Of a DNA stretch of 64,000 nucleotides, positions 32,750 through 45,622 are shown one piece after another (position 1 is the stretch's first letter; the number at the start of each line of letters is the position of its first letter). The stretch is from Macrostomum lignano. Its lineage: Eukaryota. The stretch is from positions 372,001 through 436,000 of the forward strand of contig NIVC01000581.1 of assembly GCA_002269645.1 (NCBI GenBank), given 5' to 3'. Below the pieces are notes generated by a model. It made no database searches, was not told the origin of the DNA, and saw only the letters and a program-made list of their open reading frames with translations. The translations under genes and the position numbers were made by a program.

Positions 32750-34956
32750 AGCAATTTGTTGTGCTGAAATTGCACAAGCAGAAGTGATTATAAAAGTACT
32801 AAAAATAAACAATCATAGCTGCCTAGGCTCTTGGTAGTAGGTACTGCCATCTTAGTTATAACCAAAAAGCAATACTTTAATTGCATATAAAGCAGTTATT
32901 TTACAAGAAAGGCTCTCTATATATAATTATACCACATTTTACAGAAAACTATGTTAAACTTGTCAGATAAAATTAAGAAGATTGCATATATATACTTAAT
33001 TAAGTCAATTTATTTTGGTATTTACAAAATGGTATTTGGTATTTACCATTTATATTAAAAAATGCTAAGCATCTTAAAAAACATAAAATATTCTTTGGTA
33101 TATAATATAATGATTATAAATTTACAAGGTGGCTTTGGATTCTTAATAGTATTGGCCTAGCTTACAGGCTAGGATCTAGGCTTAATAATGAAAAATATAA
33201 GACATTCAATTTAGCCATGTAGCGTAAAGTAATTAAAAAGCTCATTCATCTATAAATTTAATATATAATGAGGCCATTATTAGTTAATAATATTTAGACT
33301 TAGTCTATATAAGCTTTTATTAAAAATAGGCCTAGTAACCCTAGTTATTACTTTATTATTATTAGGCCTAGGCATTGTACTATAAGCCTAGCATAGCATA
33401 GGTTACAATCCTTAAAAATGAACAGTGGTCCTAATCTTGATCCCAAAAGGCTCTATTTTGGCCTATAGGCCTACTATAACATTATCTTTGGACTAGGCCT
33501 ACTGCCAGTGCCAGTTAGCCTAGACACCTAGCATTTTGCTTAGCATGGCTTTTATAGGAAATAGGCCTGTTGCGTACATGACTTGCTTGCCAAAGAGTTC
33601 TCGTGGCTAATTGGCGGGGTTGTTTGTCTTCTGCCCTGACCAGCCTAGCCAAATCATGCTAGTTAGTTACGCCATAACATTTATGGTTGAACTAGGCCTA
33701 CTTGAACTACAAATATAAGTGCGCACCATCCTTCCAAGCCTTTTTTGCTTTTGTCCTGACTTTTCTACCCTGCAATGGCCTACGAAATTTGATAAAATAT
33801 GTTCTATTAAATTAAAAAGTATTTGACTTGCTCGTTACAGTTGTATACATTATGCATGTAGCCTATGTGGCAATGTGGGCATGTGGCGCAAGCAATGTTG
33901 GGCTGGGCCGTTGGGGCGAGAATCGGCACGGTGAAAGAATTCAATTTTCTTTTCTATTGCGTTAAGTTCAAATTACTCAGTTTTTAAAAAGCCGTTAGAA
34001 AATTCCGAGAAGTTACTGAATTTTGCATGCCTTCTATAGACGGTTTTTGTTGCAAACAGTTTGATTGATGTTAATTTAAACTGCGGATGCCATGACGAGG
34101 GAAACTTCAGATGGAAATTTGGCAACAAGTGCATTGTCTCTGATAGGTTTATAACAGTTGCACAACTACATACATGCGTACATCTACAATACTTTGAAAA
34201 TAATCCCCTGATGAGTTTCATCAAACATGTCTCCCCTTGACGGACCATCGTTTTCATAGGACTGCGTCTTTTTTCGTCGCTGTTTGCTTTTGTTGCACCA
34301 ATGCGTAAGAACAGATACAGAATGTTATAGCACTGATAAAAGGAGAGGGGATGGAGCTGGGCAGGCAGGCAGAATGGTATCTCCTCTATATCTAAAATAC
34401 AAAATTAGTGCCATGCTTTAACCAAATCACCAGTTGCTCCAGATGTATACTAGAAATATATATATTATTTAAATGCAATTGCATTATTTCAGACGCTGAT
34501 GACAGATATCCTGCCATTGCCCATCTGTACCGTTCCAGAATGCTCTCGGACGCCCAAAATAAGAATTCTAATGCAACGGCTGAGACAATTCAACCTCCTA
34601 AGACGGTAAACTCTGCAATTAGGCGAGAAAACATATGTTGCAAACATCCAGTAAACATAAAAATGTACGGTTAAAAGTCTTGAAACAAATGCGTGTTTCA
34701 ATTTCTATGCTGGGCTAATTGTGTGCTTCATTCAGCAAACGTTCTCTTTAAAAATCACTCAGTCTTAACTTGCCGATGGATTGTGGCATATATTTATTTG
34801 ATATAAAGGCTTAAAAGTTGTTTTCAGAATTTTTAATACATTTCTTAATAATAGGCAGGCAGGCAGGCAGGCAGGGGTGGATTATATAATTCAGCAAGGC
34901 ATTAAATTATTTTCATGAATCGGCGTCACCGTTTTCCACCCTCTCTCAGAGGTCTC

Positions 34957-35726
34957 TCAGGCCCGGATCCACAGCTCGCCCGGCAGCGCGGCCACTGACG
35001 CAGGCGTCGCGGCAAACCGCAGCAGGTAGCAGCGGCTGTCGGCAGTAAAGAACGCGGCCTGGCAACCGCTGGCCGCGGCCCGACACTCCATCAGGCAGCC
35101 AATAAGAAATCTCGATGCACCAGCAGTTTGAGTTTTCACGGAGTATCTGAGATTCACTTTCACCAGCTGCGTTGAGGCGACGGCGACTGTTTCAAAAATA
35201 TCTTCAACTACAAAAGCGTTTCAACAGACAGTTATAGGTATAGAATTATAAATAGATAGGTGTACTTAAGTACGTATGCTAATGAACAATTGCCAGCCAT
35301 CGCTCACCTTGGTAGCGAATCTCGTACATGGAGATCCTGAACCCATTTCCGCACTTCTGGGAGGTGTTTCCGTCGCACCCCATCGAACAGTCTGCCTCTG
35401 GAGCAGGGCCAGATGAGCCGTACGAGAAGTCGCAGGAGCAGATGGTGCCATACTGGACGCCAAAGTAGGTGAAGCCTCCCAGAGCGCACAGCTGGCTGCA
35501 CATCTCCAGCGTCATGCCAGTGATGGAAGTCAGGCCTTCGTCAAGCCTCGTCACCGGGTAAAGGCCCCAGCTGGTCCAGGCCTCTTAGGCCCAGCAGGTC
35601 GCGGGTCGGGGAGCCCTCAAAGAAGCAGCCAAGGTAGCGGAAGGTCAGCTGGCGAGTCACCTTCGCCCACTGGGCCTGGGAGAGCATCAGCAGGAGGAGC
35701 GCAGCGGCTGGATAGCGCGAGTTCAT
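34957..35726 (-). pseudogene. Secreted WSC + PAN/apple-like protein, paralog A, with a 1-nt frameshift (pseudogene or assembly error)
   Basis: Exon 1 35726-35308 has a signal peptide and WSC motifs YLGCF, MTLEMCSQLC..GFTYFGVQYGTICSC, CSMGCDGNTSQKCG. Exon 2 35207-34957 has CLMEC..GCQAAFF..CYL. An extra base in the AAA run at 35560-35562 breaks the frame: exon 1 is 419 nt versus 418 nt in paralog B. Confidence 0.8.
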
Positions 35727-36044
35727 TGCTATGAGATGAGAATTTGCAGTGACCGATTAGCGCAGGTTTATTTAGCACAGGACTTGCACTTTGCCTTCAG
35801 TTTGCTTTCCTTGCCTCTGGATAAGGGAGAGAGCGATGGGCCGCAGTGAAGTGGTGGAAAGCTTTTATCATCCACGAGCTTGTTAGTGACCAGCTCAGTA
35901 CTCAACCGACTAAAAGCAGAAGTTTTTAGCCAACCCATGTAGCTTTTACCGCTGTGCTAATGCATCAGCAGAATCGGATGTAGGAACAGGATGATACATC
36001 GGGTCCGTCCACCAAACTGGATTAATTTGCCTTGTGCTTCAAGC

Positions 36045-37200
36045 TTTTATAGGCCGTATGTTGACAAAATGTTCGAGATTTTTGACAATGCTAAAGATCA
36101 TTAGAATTCTTTCAAAGTCATCAACTCCATTCACCCTAGCATTAAATTTATATACTGTGCAGAGGAGACAAGAAACTTCCCTTTCTTGACACAGGTGACT
36201 GCATGTACTGGAAGCTTGCTAATACTACGATGTATCGTAAGCGTACCTTCACAGGGCTGATGCTGAACTGTGGTGCGTTATGCCCGTTTAATTGGAAAAG
36301 CGGTCTGGTCAGATGCCTTCTGCATATTTCTGCATGAGGTGTGTTGCTCTTGGGCGATCGTTTCACGAGCTTACTCTGACCGAATTTCTCAGATCTAATG
36401 GCTGGTTTCACCAATCGCATGGCCCATGGTTTTGTCACGGAAAAATGAATTCATCTAAGCTGTGCAAGAGGTCTAACTCTTAAAAGGATGACCCTCTCTT
36501 TCGCACTGACAAGATTGGTCGTTATGTGAGTTGACTAGAATCCATTGCGCCTCTTACCCTCAAGGCTGGTGTTGCTTATCAGTTCCGTTGATCAGAGTAT
36601 TTCCTATACGGGAAAAATAACCGTCATCTGCACACTAGGGTTAGACAGCACTAGCTCAGATTCTGCCATTCAAAATCATTTTTTTGATGTGCAGGAGAAT
36701 GAACAGATGCCGCTGGCTAAGGAGATCGATAGTTGTTGTATTGACAGTTGAGGCCGGTTCGAATTCCCTCCAGCAGCTCTGCGGGGTCAAATCTTGCTCA
36801 AACCAATGTACCGTTGGTTCATACTCTTTTTAAAACTAGTTTGAGTAACCTTTGGCTCGCGAAGCTACTTGTGGTAATGTGAACCGGCTTTAAACTTAAA
36901 ATTCTTGAAACTAACAAACCTAATCTACTCGTAATAACTGGCAATTGGAGCTTAGAGTGTTCTGAGATAGGCACGGTTTACCTTTAGTCTGTTGTTGTTA
37001 TTTGTTTGTTTTATTGATCAGACTGCCCCTGACCTATGTTTAGGATGTTGGGGGCAGTACCTTGTGCTTCTCATCGATTATTCTTCAAATTTTCATTTTT
37101 TATCATTATTGTTCTCATTACACATGCATATTTATTTGGTTGATTGAATAAAAAGTTACCTGCCCTAAAGACGTCATAGTTATATAGACGAAACGCGTTT
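36045..37200 (+). mobile_element. Decayed Penelope-like retroelement (RT C-terminus + GIY-YIG endonuclease + 3' end)
   Basis: Frame-broken FYRPYVDKMF..INSIHPSIKF..FPFL, TTMYRKRTFTGLMLN..CPFNWKSGLVRCLLH (Penelope-type RT/thumb), and KAGVAYQFR..SYTGK..RHLHTRVRQH..SAIQNH (GIY-YIG). An AT-rich tail follows, with a hammerhead-like motif at 37165-37199. Confidence 0.72.
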
Positions 37201-38005
37201 GCGTTCACGTGTTAATGTTTATGTCGAAAATTCCTTTCCTACTCTGACTTGTGGTTCGCAAGGCAGGGACCAACTCAAAAGACGCCACTCTGTCAAAGTA
37301 CTCCAAAAGTAGAAAGGATCAGCCTAGGACGTCAAGCCGCCAGAGCCTGGAAGTAGCAGCTAATTTGATCTTTGCAGTTCCAAATTCAGTCTTTTGTCAG
37401 ACAAGTGACAAGTGTGAACTATAGGAGCAAGACAGCGGCTTGCAGCGGCTTGAAGAAGTAAGTTCCAGCACAGAAGATGCTGGGGATGAAGAGGACCGAT
37501 CGCCGATCACCAGCAGTATGCCACAATTTCTACCAAAAATACGCCTTTGATGCCATCAATCGTGACGGAACCATTTTCTGGTTGAAGATCTGCTTGCCTC
37601 ATTCCAAATGGCGTTGAATCCAGCTTGTCACTGAGTTGTACGAACATGTACATCGAGTGTGCATGTGCTGTTTGGGGCTGCTCGAGAATCGGCTCCAATA
37701 GAAAAGCCCTGGGTGTCCAGACAAAACTACCTGATTAGCTAGAACCTGCTGTTGAGACCATAAAACCGTAAGGGCATTCGGATTTGCTCTTTACCAATAG
37801 CTAGCTTAAGCCTGAGAACAGCTCATACTGTCGTAGTAGCTGCTTGACTCATTATACCGGTATGTCTTGACTAGTTAAGGACCCTAGTTAAGGTTTGGAA
37901 GAGTCTGAGCAAGACTACTATAGCTGTTGCGGCTGCTGGACTCGTTTCTCAAGTTACCCAGCTGACAACTACTGAGACCCATGCCATGTTCTTGTTTGAT
38001 GTTCA

Positions 38006-38400
38006 GTGGCCGGGAACCCCGCCTTCATGATATCGGAGCCCAGGCACCCATTCTTCTTGTTCTGCATGCTGCAGCTAGCTGAGGGACCTGTTCTAGACGT
38101 CTTTGAATTTGCCGGTCTGCTGGGCCTTTGCTGGGATCGTGCTGTAGCCGCCCACGCGCGACTTCCCAGACAACAGCTTCAGAACCAGCACCACGGGCTA
38201 CAAGGGTTGAACCATAAGGCTCAACCGCGTTGTGCAACCCCATCGGGGTTTGAATGTTGCCGAAGCTTGACTGGGCAAGTTCTTCAAGGACGTGCACATG
38301 CACAACCTGGATCGCATCACAGACCGGAACGACATTCCCTACGTCATGCACGACAACAACAAGATGCGCTCGCCAAATAACGGTTCGATTGATTGCAAAT
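38006..38400 (+). pseudogene. Possible decayed glycosyltransferase (GT32/DXD-like) fragment
   Basis: AGNPAFMISEPRHPFFLFCMLQL resembles the N.FM.S.P.HPF motif of that family. Downstream frames are interrupted by stops. Confidence 0.2.
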
Positions 38401-38624
38401 GCCACGTGTTTCTTCCAGGAGCGCTTAAACTGCCTTCCATTTATTTTATTTACATCTGCGTATATTAAATATGCATCGTAGGCAGTCTTTCATGAAAATG
38501 TCACTCGTAAATTTCTAGACGTATTGCTACTAAAAGTATTATGATTGATAAAATCGGTACGCTCGCATTGTTATAGCTCGTAATAATAGAACATGAATAA
38601 TTCCAATTGTAAATGAAACCAGTA

Positions 38625-38875
<251 letters not shown>

Positions 38876-38927
38876 AATGGTTAAGTTTTCCAGCTCAATC
38901 AATCCTGTATCCCCACTCAGGCTGCAG

Positions 38928-40086
38928 TCAGGCCCGGCTCCAAAGCTCGCCCTGCAGCGTGGCCAGAGACGCGGGCACAGCGGCAAACCGTAGCAGATGG
39001 CAGCGGCTTCCAGTGGTGAAGAAGGCGGCCTGGCAACCGCTGGCTGCGGCCTGGCACTCCACCAGGCAGTCAAAGAGGCTCCTCCCCGAGCCCAGACTGC
39101 CGGTTGTCACGGAGTAGCCCGGGCTCACCGTCACCTGCAGCACTGAGCCACCAGCGATCCGTTTAAACACGTTGCCGTCTGAAAATTTGAGGGTTGAATC
39201 GCGCGAATACGAGCTAGTTATGGGGTACACGCCACTGGGAGGGAATTTAAGTTGCCCATGGCATTCCAGCCACAATCCAAGGATTTAGTTATCAAAAGCA
39301 GTAAGCATGTATGTAGTGCTTTTCCCCGATCAGAGCAGCAGAGCTGGAACGCTTGCTTTGGGTCTGAAATATTCCTGGATATTTTATGTGCTCATTTTTG
39401 CAGCAGAGAGATCTTGCATACGGAGAAAAGCAGCTTGAAGCAGCCTTTGTCCAAGAAAGACCGGTTTTCTGAGGTCAACTTCAGCAGCATCAACCTCAGT
39501 TTTAAATCCGCAGACAGCTTGGGTTTTAATTGAACTCTATTGACGACTATGAACTCTATGGACTCAGAGTTCTTCTATAATGCTATTGATAAGTGTCTCT
39601 GAGATCTACAGTGAGCTCACTCAACCAACCCCAGTAGACTAAAATTTCAGGTCTAAGCAACTGCTCACCAAGGTATCGGATCTCGAACATAGAGTTCCTG
39701 GAGTAGCCTCCGCACTTTTGTGTAGCATTTCCAACGCAGCTATAAGAGCAGCTGGACTCCGTAGCCGGGCCGTAGGATCCGTAGGTGAAGTCGCAAGAGC
39801 ACACTCGGCTGTATTGCACGCCAAAGTAGGTGAAGCCGCCCAGAGCGCAGATCCGGCCGCACAGCTCGTGCGTCATGCTCGAATTCCACGCCAGGCCCTC
39901 TATGGCGCTCGCGATTGGGTGCGGGCCCAGCTTCGCCAGGCCCTTCATGCCGCCCAGGTCGCGACCGCTTGGCGCGCCCTCCACGTAGCAGCCGAGGTAG
40001 CGGAAGGTCAGCTGCCGAGCCGCCTCAGCCAGCGAAGCCTGGGGGATCAGCAGCTGCAACGCAAGAGCAGCGAGCTGCACAAGCAT
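38928..40086 (-). CDS. Secreted WSC + PAN/apple-like protein, paralog B (222 aa, 2 exons)
   Basis: Exons 40086-39669 and 39178-38928 (TTTTCAG acceptor, phase 1). Signal peptide MLVQLAALALQLLIPQASLA, WSC YLGCY..MTHELCGRIC..YFGVQYSRVCSC..CSYSCVGNATQKCGG, and C-terminal CLVEC..GCQAAFF..CHL. Exon 2 is 251 nt, identical in length to paralog A. Confidence 0.88.
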
Positions 40087-40499
40087 CTTGTGGCTGAGGC
40101 CCGAGAGTCGGAGGACTGGCTGCTGGCTGAAGCGTCTGGGTCGGAAAATTAAGTCAGCGGCTGGCCGCAGCAGGTTTCGGCATTCATTGGTCGGGTCGCT
40201 GCCAACCAATGACACATAGATGGCGCATTGACACCGCAGCTTGCAGTTCGCTGTGCCCTGCATTGTATGCTCACGAAACTTACAGGAAATTCGGGGAATC
40301 ACCTGATGCCTACTGCCAAGCAGCTCCCAATAGACTTTATAGACTTTAAATCCCGTGTTTGCGGGCCTCAGTTCGGGTTGTGTTTGATGAGCAATTTTAC
40401 ATGCTCATCATGGTATCTCCCTTAGCCCTTTTTGTTCTTGAGATGAGTTGTTCAGGTCAGATCGCTAAGATTCCTGCTAACCGAATCCTCGCTCCCCCG

Positions 40500-41000
40500 A
40501 ATCGAACTAGAAATGACATTCATTGACTCAGTGCTCCCTCTGTTTTCTTCTTTTTTGCGCGAGGCCCAGCATGGCTTCAGCCAGACTCGTAAAGCAAAAT
40601 CCGTTTTAACCTTTAAAATTTTAATGATGCTGTGGGAGCTTTTGTTATTGCAAAATAACGATTGACAGCTCTAGGGTAGGTTTGAGTCATTCCAACGCGA
40701 GAATTATAAACAGGTGCCTTTAAAACGCTTCACGCAGCTGAGATGACGGCAACGTATCGCCTGTCAGTTATCAAATGTCATTAGCATCTGCAGCTGTCTC
40801 ACAGAAGACAGGTAGCTACTTTCTATGCATCGAGCCTGCGAATGCTAACCGCCTTGAGTGCAAAGGGGGCTGTTTAGATGTTGGCTGTTGTAGAAAAACC
40901 AAATGTCACGTTATTTTCGTGCGAGGCTTGTATGCCAATATGAAGATATCAGAGTCAACTTGCACTGAGCAAATCAGGCTGGTGTATAGGGTTCAATAAT
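40500..41000 (+). mobile_element. Possible highly decayed non-LTR (LINE) reverse transcriptase trace
   Basis: EAQHGFSQTR resembles QHGFR..RS, and LYANMKI resembles LYADD.KI, in the expected order but in broken frames. Confidence 0.28.
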
Positions 41001-43009
41001 TACTTTGAGTCGGAATGGGAGCAGCGTTTCACATCTGCCATTAATTATTTTCCTCGAACTCTACAGCCTACAGCAGTGCGTATTAGAGGGTTTTTCCTAA
41101 GCGTCTTGCTCATTTGGAGTGCACCCAGATGACCATTGGATTGCAGGTATGAAGATTCGACTTTAAGGTGAGGGTCAGCCAGTGTACCTGTACGAAACGC
41201 AGCTAACCTTTCTGGGGCTTCAGCTTCTGTTTTCTGCTTTCATGAGCTCAGAGCCAAGCTTTTCGTTTTATGATGCTAAAATATTAAAATTTGGTTTCTT
41301 CGCCATGCCGGCCTACATGGATGACCTCGTCTGTCGACAAGGTCCAAGATCTGTTACGCGTTTTATCTTCTGCTCTTCGAATAACAGGCTGTCGAAGTCG
41401 TGTTTACAGACTTTCGTGTCGCAAGTTGCTTGGCACGAGGTTTTTCACCGACCTCTAATCAACATTATCAACGAGCTGCATCAGCCTCATGACTGCTCTT
41501 GTGAGCCTGTCTGTGGTGGGCCACCTCTCCTGGTGCCATTTGGCTTTTAAAGCGCTGCATAGGTATCAGCCTGTGGACTTGTGTTGCCATGGAGACCAAC
41601 TCGTCGTCTTCAAGTTCCGCGACTGTGGTCCATGACGGTGATGGAATCCATGGTTGGTGCCTCGTTGATCGGCAAAATGATGCGAATGGTGTTTTCAGGA
41701 TTACTGCATCAATTAAAGGGAAGCTGTGGTTATCCTGCCGGCTGCTTTGAGATGGGGCCAGCCTGCCAGTCCAATCTCAAAGGATACGTAGTCGGCAGGG
41801 TTATGTTAGATTCTGAGGGGAGGTGTATCCAGGGATCCGCACGCCATTCAAAGATCCGCAACTGATGCGGTTGCTGCCGTCCTGGTGTCTTAACGTTCCT
41901 GGCGTCGGTTAGCTGTTGGCCGATGCTGGTGTTAGGGTACAGGTCTCCGGCCTCTTGCGATCTCCAGTGGGGAGACCGTGAGGCAACAATGTACTTGTAT
42001 TCTGCACTCCTACCCCAGAGAACGCAAAGCTCAACATAAGTTAGGCTTTAAAATCTCCGGGGCGTTGCGATCACCTTTGGGCATAATTCAGAGTCAATGA
42101 ATTTTGTTTATAGTCACTCACCCCTCTAACTTTCAAAGCGTGCATAATTTTTTGATATTGATAGTCCTTGAGATGGTTGCTATGTCCTATGTACACAGTG
42201 CTCACTTGTCAAATAAGTAAGTTATATAAACAGTTCAACACTATATAATTCACCACACGTATCGCTAAGAGAAGGCCTCACTATGGCACCTGACGTCAAA
42301 CGAAAATGACAAATTGAAGCGTCGAATTAGAAAAAAGCCGAGTTTTGCTGTTCAAAATGGCTAAATGTAATATCAAGTGAAAAATAAGACCAACAGCATG
42401 CACCAGGCGCACGCGCACCAGGTCAGGCCCCCCGGGGTTCTTCGACCAGGGAACCGAGTCAGAGTTAGAATTTTCGACACGATGACCGTCCGCAAAGGCG
42501 GAAAATCCCAAATAACAAAGCCGGAGTTCCTGAAGTAAACCTTAGTTGTTATCAAGTTCAGAGATTCCAAGCTGATTTTCGATCTCCGGGACGGACAACA
42601 GTAGCTGCCTCGTAGTCTCCGGGGTGGGGAGATCAGAAAGTGCCCCGGAGACTGCAAAGCAACTACCGTTCTCCGACCCGGAGATCGCAAAGTCTCTGGA
42701 GGAGATCGCAAAGCATATTCAGTCTCCGGAAAGAGACCCTAAGGCCAGGAGATGATAAAGTGTAATACCGGGTACCGCTTGCTCTCGATCGCGTCAAGAG
42801 TTGCCTTAATTTTGTTTTTCGTGCTTATTGCACTGTGCAAAATTTTCCCTGTGGTGTTTTCGGAACACGCGTTTTCAGTTTTTGACTTCTCCCGTTTTTT
42901 CACTTCACATGTGAATTGTGAAAAATGGGAAAAATGTTCACATGTGAATCACATGTCACAGTCCGCCTCTCTGCACCGCTGACCCTTTAAGCCGCCGCAT
43001 CTGACCTCC

Positions 43010-43420
43010 TTGACGCAGCGTACGCACTGCAGTCACGTAGAGCAATCTTCCGGTCCTGGCGCAGCTACTTCAGAAGAACGGGGCCAACCCGGCTCGATCC
43101 CACCGGTCGGTGCTACTGAACTACCTGGCCCACCTGGTCGAATGGCACCTGAGATCGTTCAACAGTCTGCGTGTCCACATCAGCGCGCATTGTTCAGTTG
43201 GTTCAGTTTGTGGTGCTGAGGACCCAGCAATACATCACCGGGTCATAAGACGGAAGCATGCGAGGCTGCTGTCCCCTTTCAACGCCAACCCGAAGGGGTT
43301 GAGCTCTCCGTCCGGTTATGGCAAGACGAACCCAGTGTGGCTGCACTGCTTCTAAGGCTAAAAGGACATCTGCTTTGGCCTGTGCATAGCTCCGCATCAG
43401 CTTGGCAGCAAGCAACCTGT
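43010..43420 (+). mobile_element. Possible decayed DIRS-type tyrosine-recombinase N-terminal region
   Basis: FRSWRSYF..VLLNYLAHLVEWHLRSFNSLRVHISA..RLLSPFNANP resembles the W..F..W / VL.FL..L...S..T.RVH.SA / RLLKG.FN..P pattern; frameshifted. Confidence 0.3.
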
Positions 43421-45460
43421 CTTTCTTATCAGTTGGCGAGCTAACTGCCTGCATGTCTGCATGCCTTGAAGTTTGACAGTTTTCTCTAGTGCTGCCTAGC
43501 AACCGATGGGCAGGGCTCTCATCCGTTCTCGGTACGCAACTTGAGCAGAGGAGTTGCTACCTGACCGGGCTTACCATCTTGGGCTTACCTCTCAAGTGGT
43601 GAACTGGCGGAGTGGTGTTGTGACATGCATACTTTTCAATCTGCAGATTCCGTGCTTGCAGCTTTGCATTTTGCTGTTGCTCTTGGATAGAAGTGCTTTC
43701 GAGTGGTTCGTGCCTTCGATTTCACGGTTTTTTCTGCTCTTATCCGTGCCCGTGCCTCAATACGATTCTATACATTTTTTCTGAAGTTCTCTCATCTGTT
43801 ATTTTTGTAAGTTGAGCCTCGGGTTGCATCTCCCAGCCTTTCATAGCCTTTCATAGCCTTTCATAGCCTTTCATAGCCTCGCCACACTCGACTGTCTTGT
43901 CAGGTCTTCAATTCCCTCCCCTAGCAGTGTAAAGGTCTTTTTATTATCGAAAACAAGTCCATCAGTGCCAGCAGCTTGAGCATAATCTTGGAGTCAAAGG
44001 GTTGCCTGGAACGTTTTCGGACACGTCAAAGCGGCATGGAAGCCTAAAGAATTGCAGAAGCAGACAAAAAAGCTCAAGGCTATATGTATAGCTTTCTGAC
44101 AGCATTGCTTCGGAAGTTCCTTTTTGGAACTCGGAAAGTGGGACGTTTGGCTGAAACGGTTCGGTTGCCATACTGGCTGGAGGTCAATTCAAAAAGCCTG
44201 TGACTATTACACACCTATTGCGCTAATTTAATTGCAAGTTTCAACGTGCAAAATTACAAGTTATACCCCAGTGTACGAGTTTGGGGCGCAGCAGTGCACA
44301 GTGGCCGGTGGGGCATTGCTGTTAGCTCGTACAAACGCCGTGCTGTGTAAAGCGTCTGTCCTGGGCTGGCCTGGTCGTTCGCAGGGGTTTCCAGGCAGGG
44401 GCGGGCGCCAGCTTGTGTGCATGTTGGGGGGGGGGGTGTTGAGAGCCGCGGCGGCGAAAAGCCTCCAAGTGGCAGCTGATCCGGCAATACGCGCGAGCAA
44501 CACGGCTTATTCGGCCCCAGGCAGAGTACGCAGCGCTGCGCACCCCGGCTCGGACCTGTAGCAGCACAGCTAAGCTGCTTATCAGTCCCTCTCTCTCCCT
44601 CTGCGCAGGCTCCATGGCGCACATTGAAAGCCTGGCAAAGCTGTGTTTCGCTTTTAAAAAGCAAAAGGAGACAGGTATGTACGCTGAATAGCTGGTCAGC
44701 CAGAACTGCGAAGTGTGTCAAGGAAACTACAGCAACTATCGAGGTGAGTTTTGACGACTCGGGAGAACTTTGTGGGACACCAAATTTTTTGTGATATAAA
44801 AATTATACAGCTTTCGAGCATAACTTAACAGCCAAATGGTGGTTTGGGCATGCAGCGCAAAAGAAATTTCTGAAATAGAACTGCTCAGAAAGGTCAATTC
44901 AATACTTTCACTTTTTATGATTACGTTTTTGCGTTCTATTTGGGTTTCTATTTATTCAAATTGGTGCGTGGCCGTCAGCAGTCTGACGTGGCAGCGGGGC
45001 GGAAATTTTACACAGACAAGGCTAGAAATCCATAGACAAAAGAAATCGATTGGCCTAAGTGCGAGCAACTTCAGGGCCATAGCTGGAATGCATGGTTAAA
45101 GTACAGTCTGGTGGACAGAGAGAGGACAGTGGATGCATGCGTGACTGCTGGTTTAGACTTTGATGTTTGTGAAATTGACCGAACAGATGGCAAAAAAACT
45201 AATTGCCTGGTGATCCAAGTTCTCAGTCTCTGCTGGACTCGTTGCAACGCACCAAAGTGGATCGGAAGCAAAAAAGTATAAATTGAGAGCTCTGGAGAGT
45301 AAGATCAGATGTTAAATTTTGGCTCAGAAAGGCAGTTTCTGGGGTGGGAACTCGTAAAACATGCCGAGTTTAATTGGTCTAGCGTTTTTGGGCCTAGCGT
45401 TTTTGACCAAGTCGTCCTTGAGGGCCAACTTCAAAGCACAGAGAGTGTGCGTGCCTGACA

Positions 45461-45500
45461 CAGGGACTACTCAATAATTACATGTATTGAGTAGTCCCTG
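45461..45500. mobile_element. 40-bp hAT-like mini-element (hairpin) with 8-bp TSD
   Basis: Perfect 16-bp inverted repeat CAGGGACTACTCAATA / TATTGAGTAGTCCCTG, flanked by GCCTGACA at 45453-45460 and 45501-45508. Confidence 0.85.
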
Positions 45501-45622
45501 GCCTGACAATAAGAAAATCAGGGCCGCTGCAAACCCTTGATTTGTGGCAGCGCCTACACTAGCGGGCGTGCATTGATAAACACCGGCAATGACGCCCCAC
45601 ATTTTCAGGTTGACGGCTCCGA

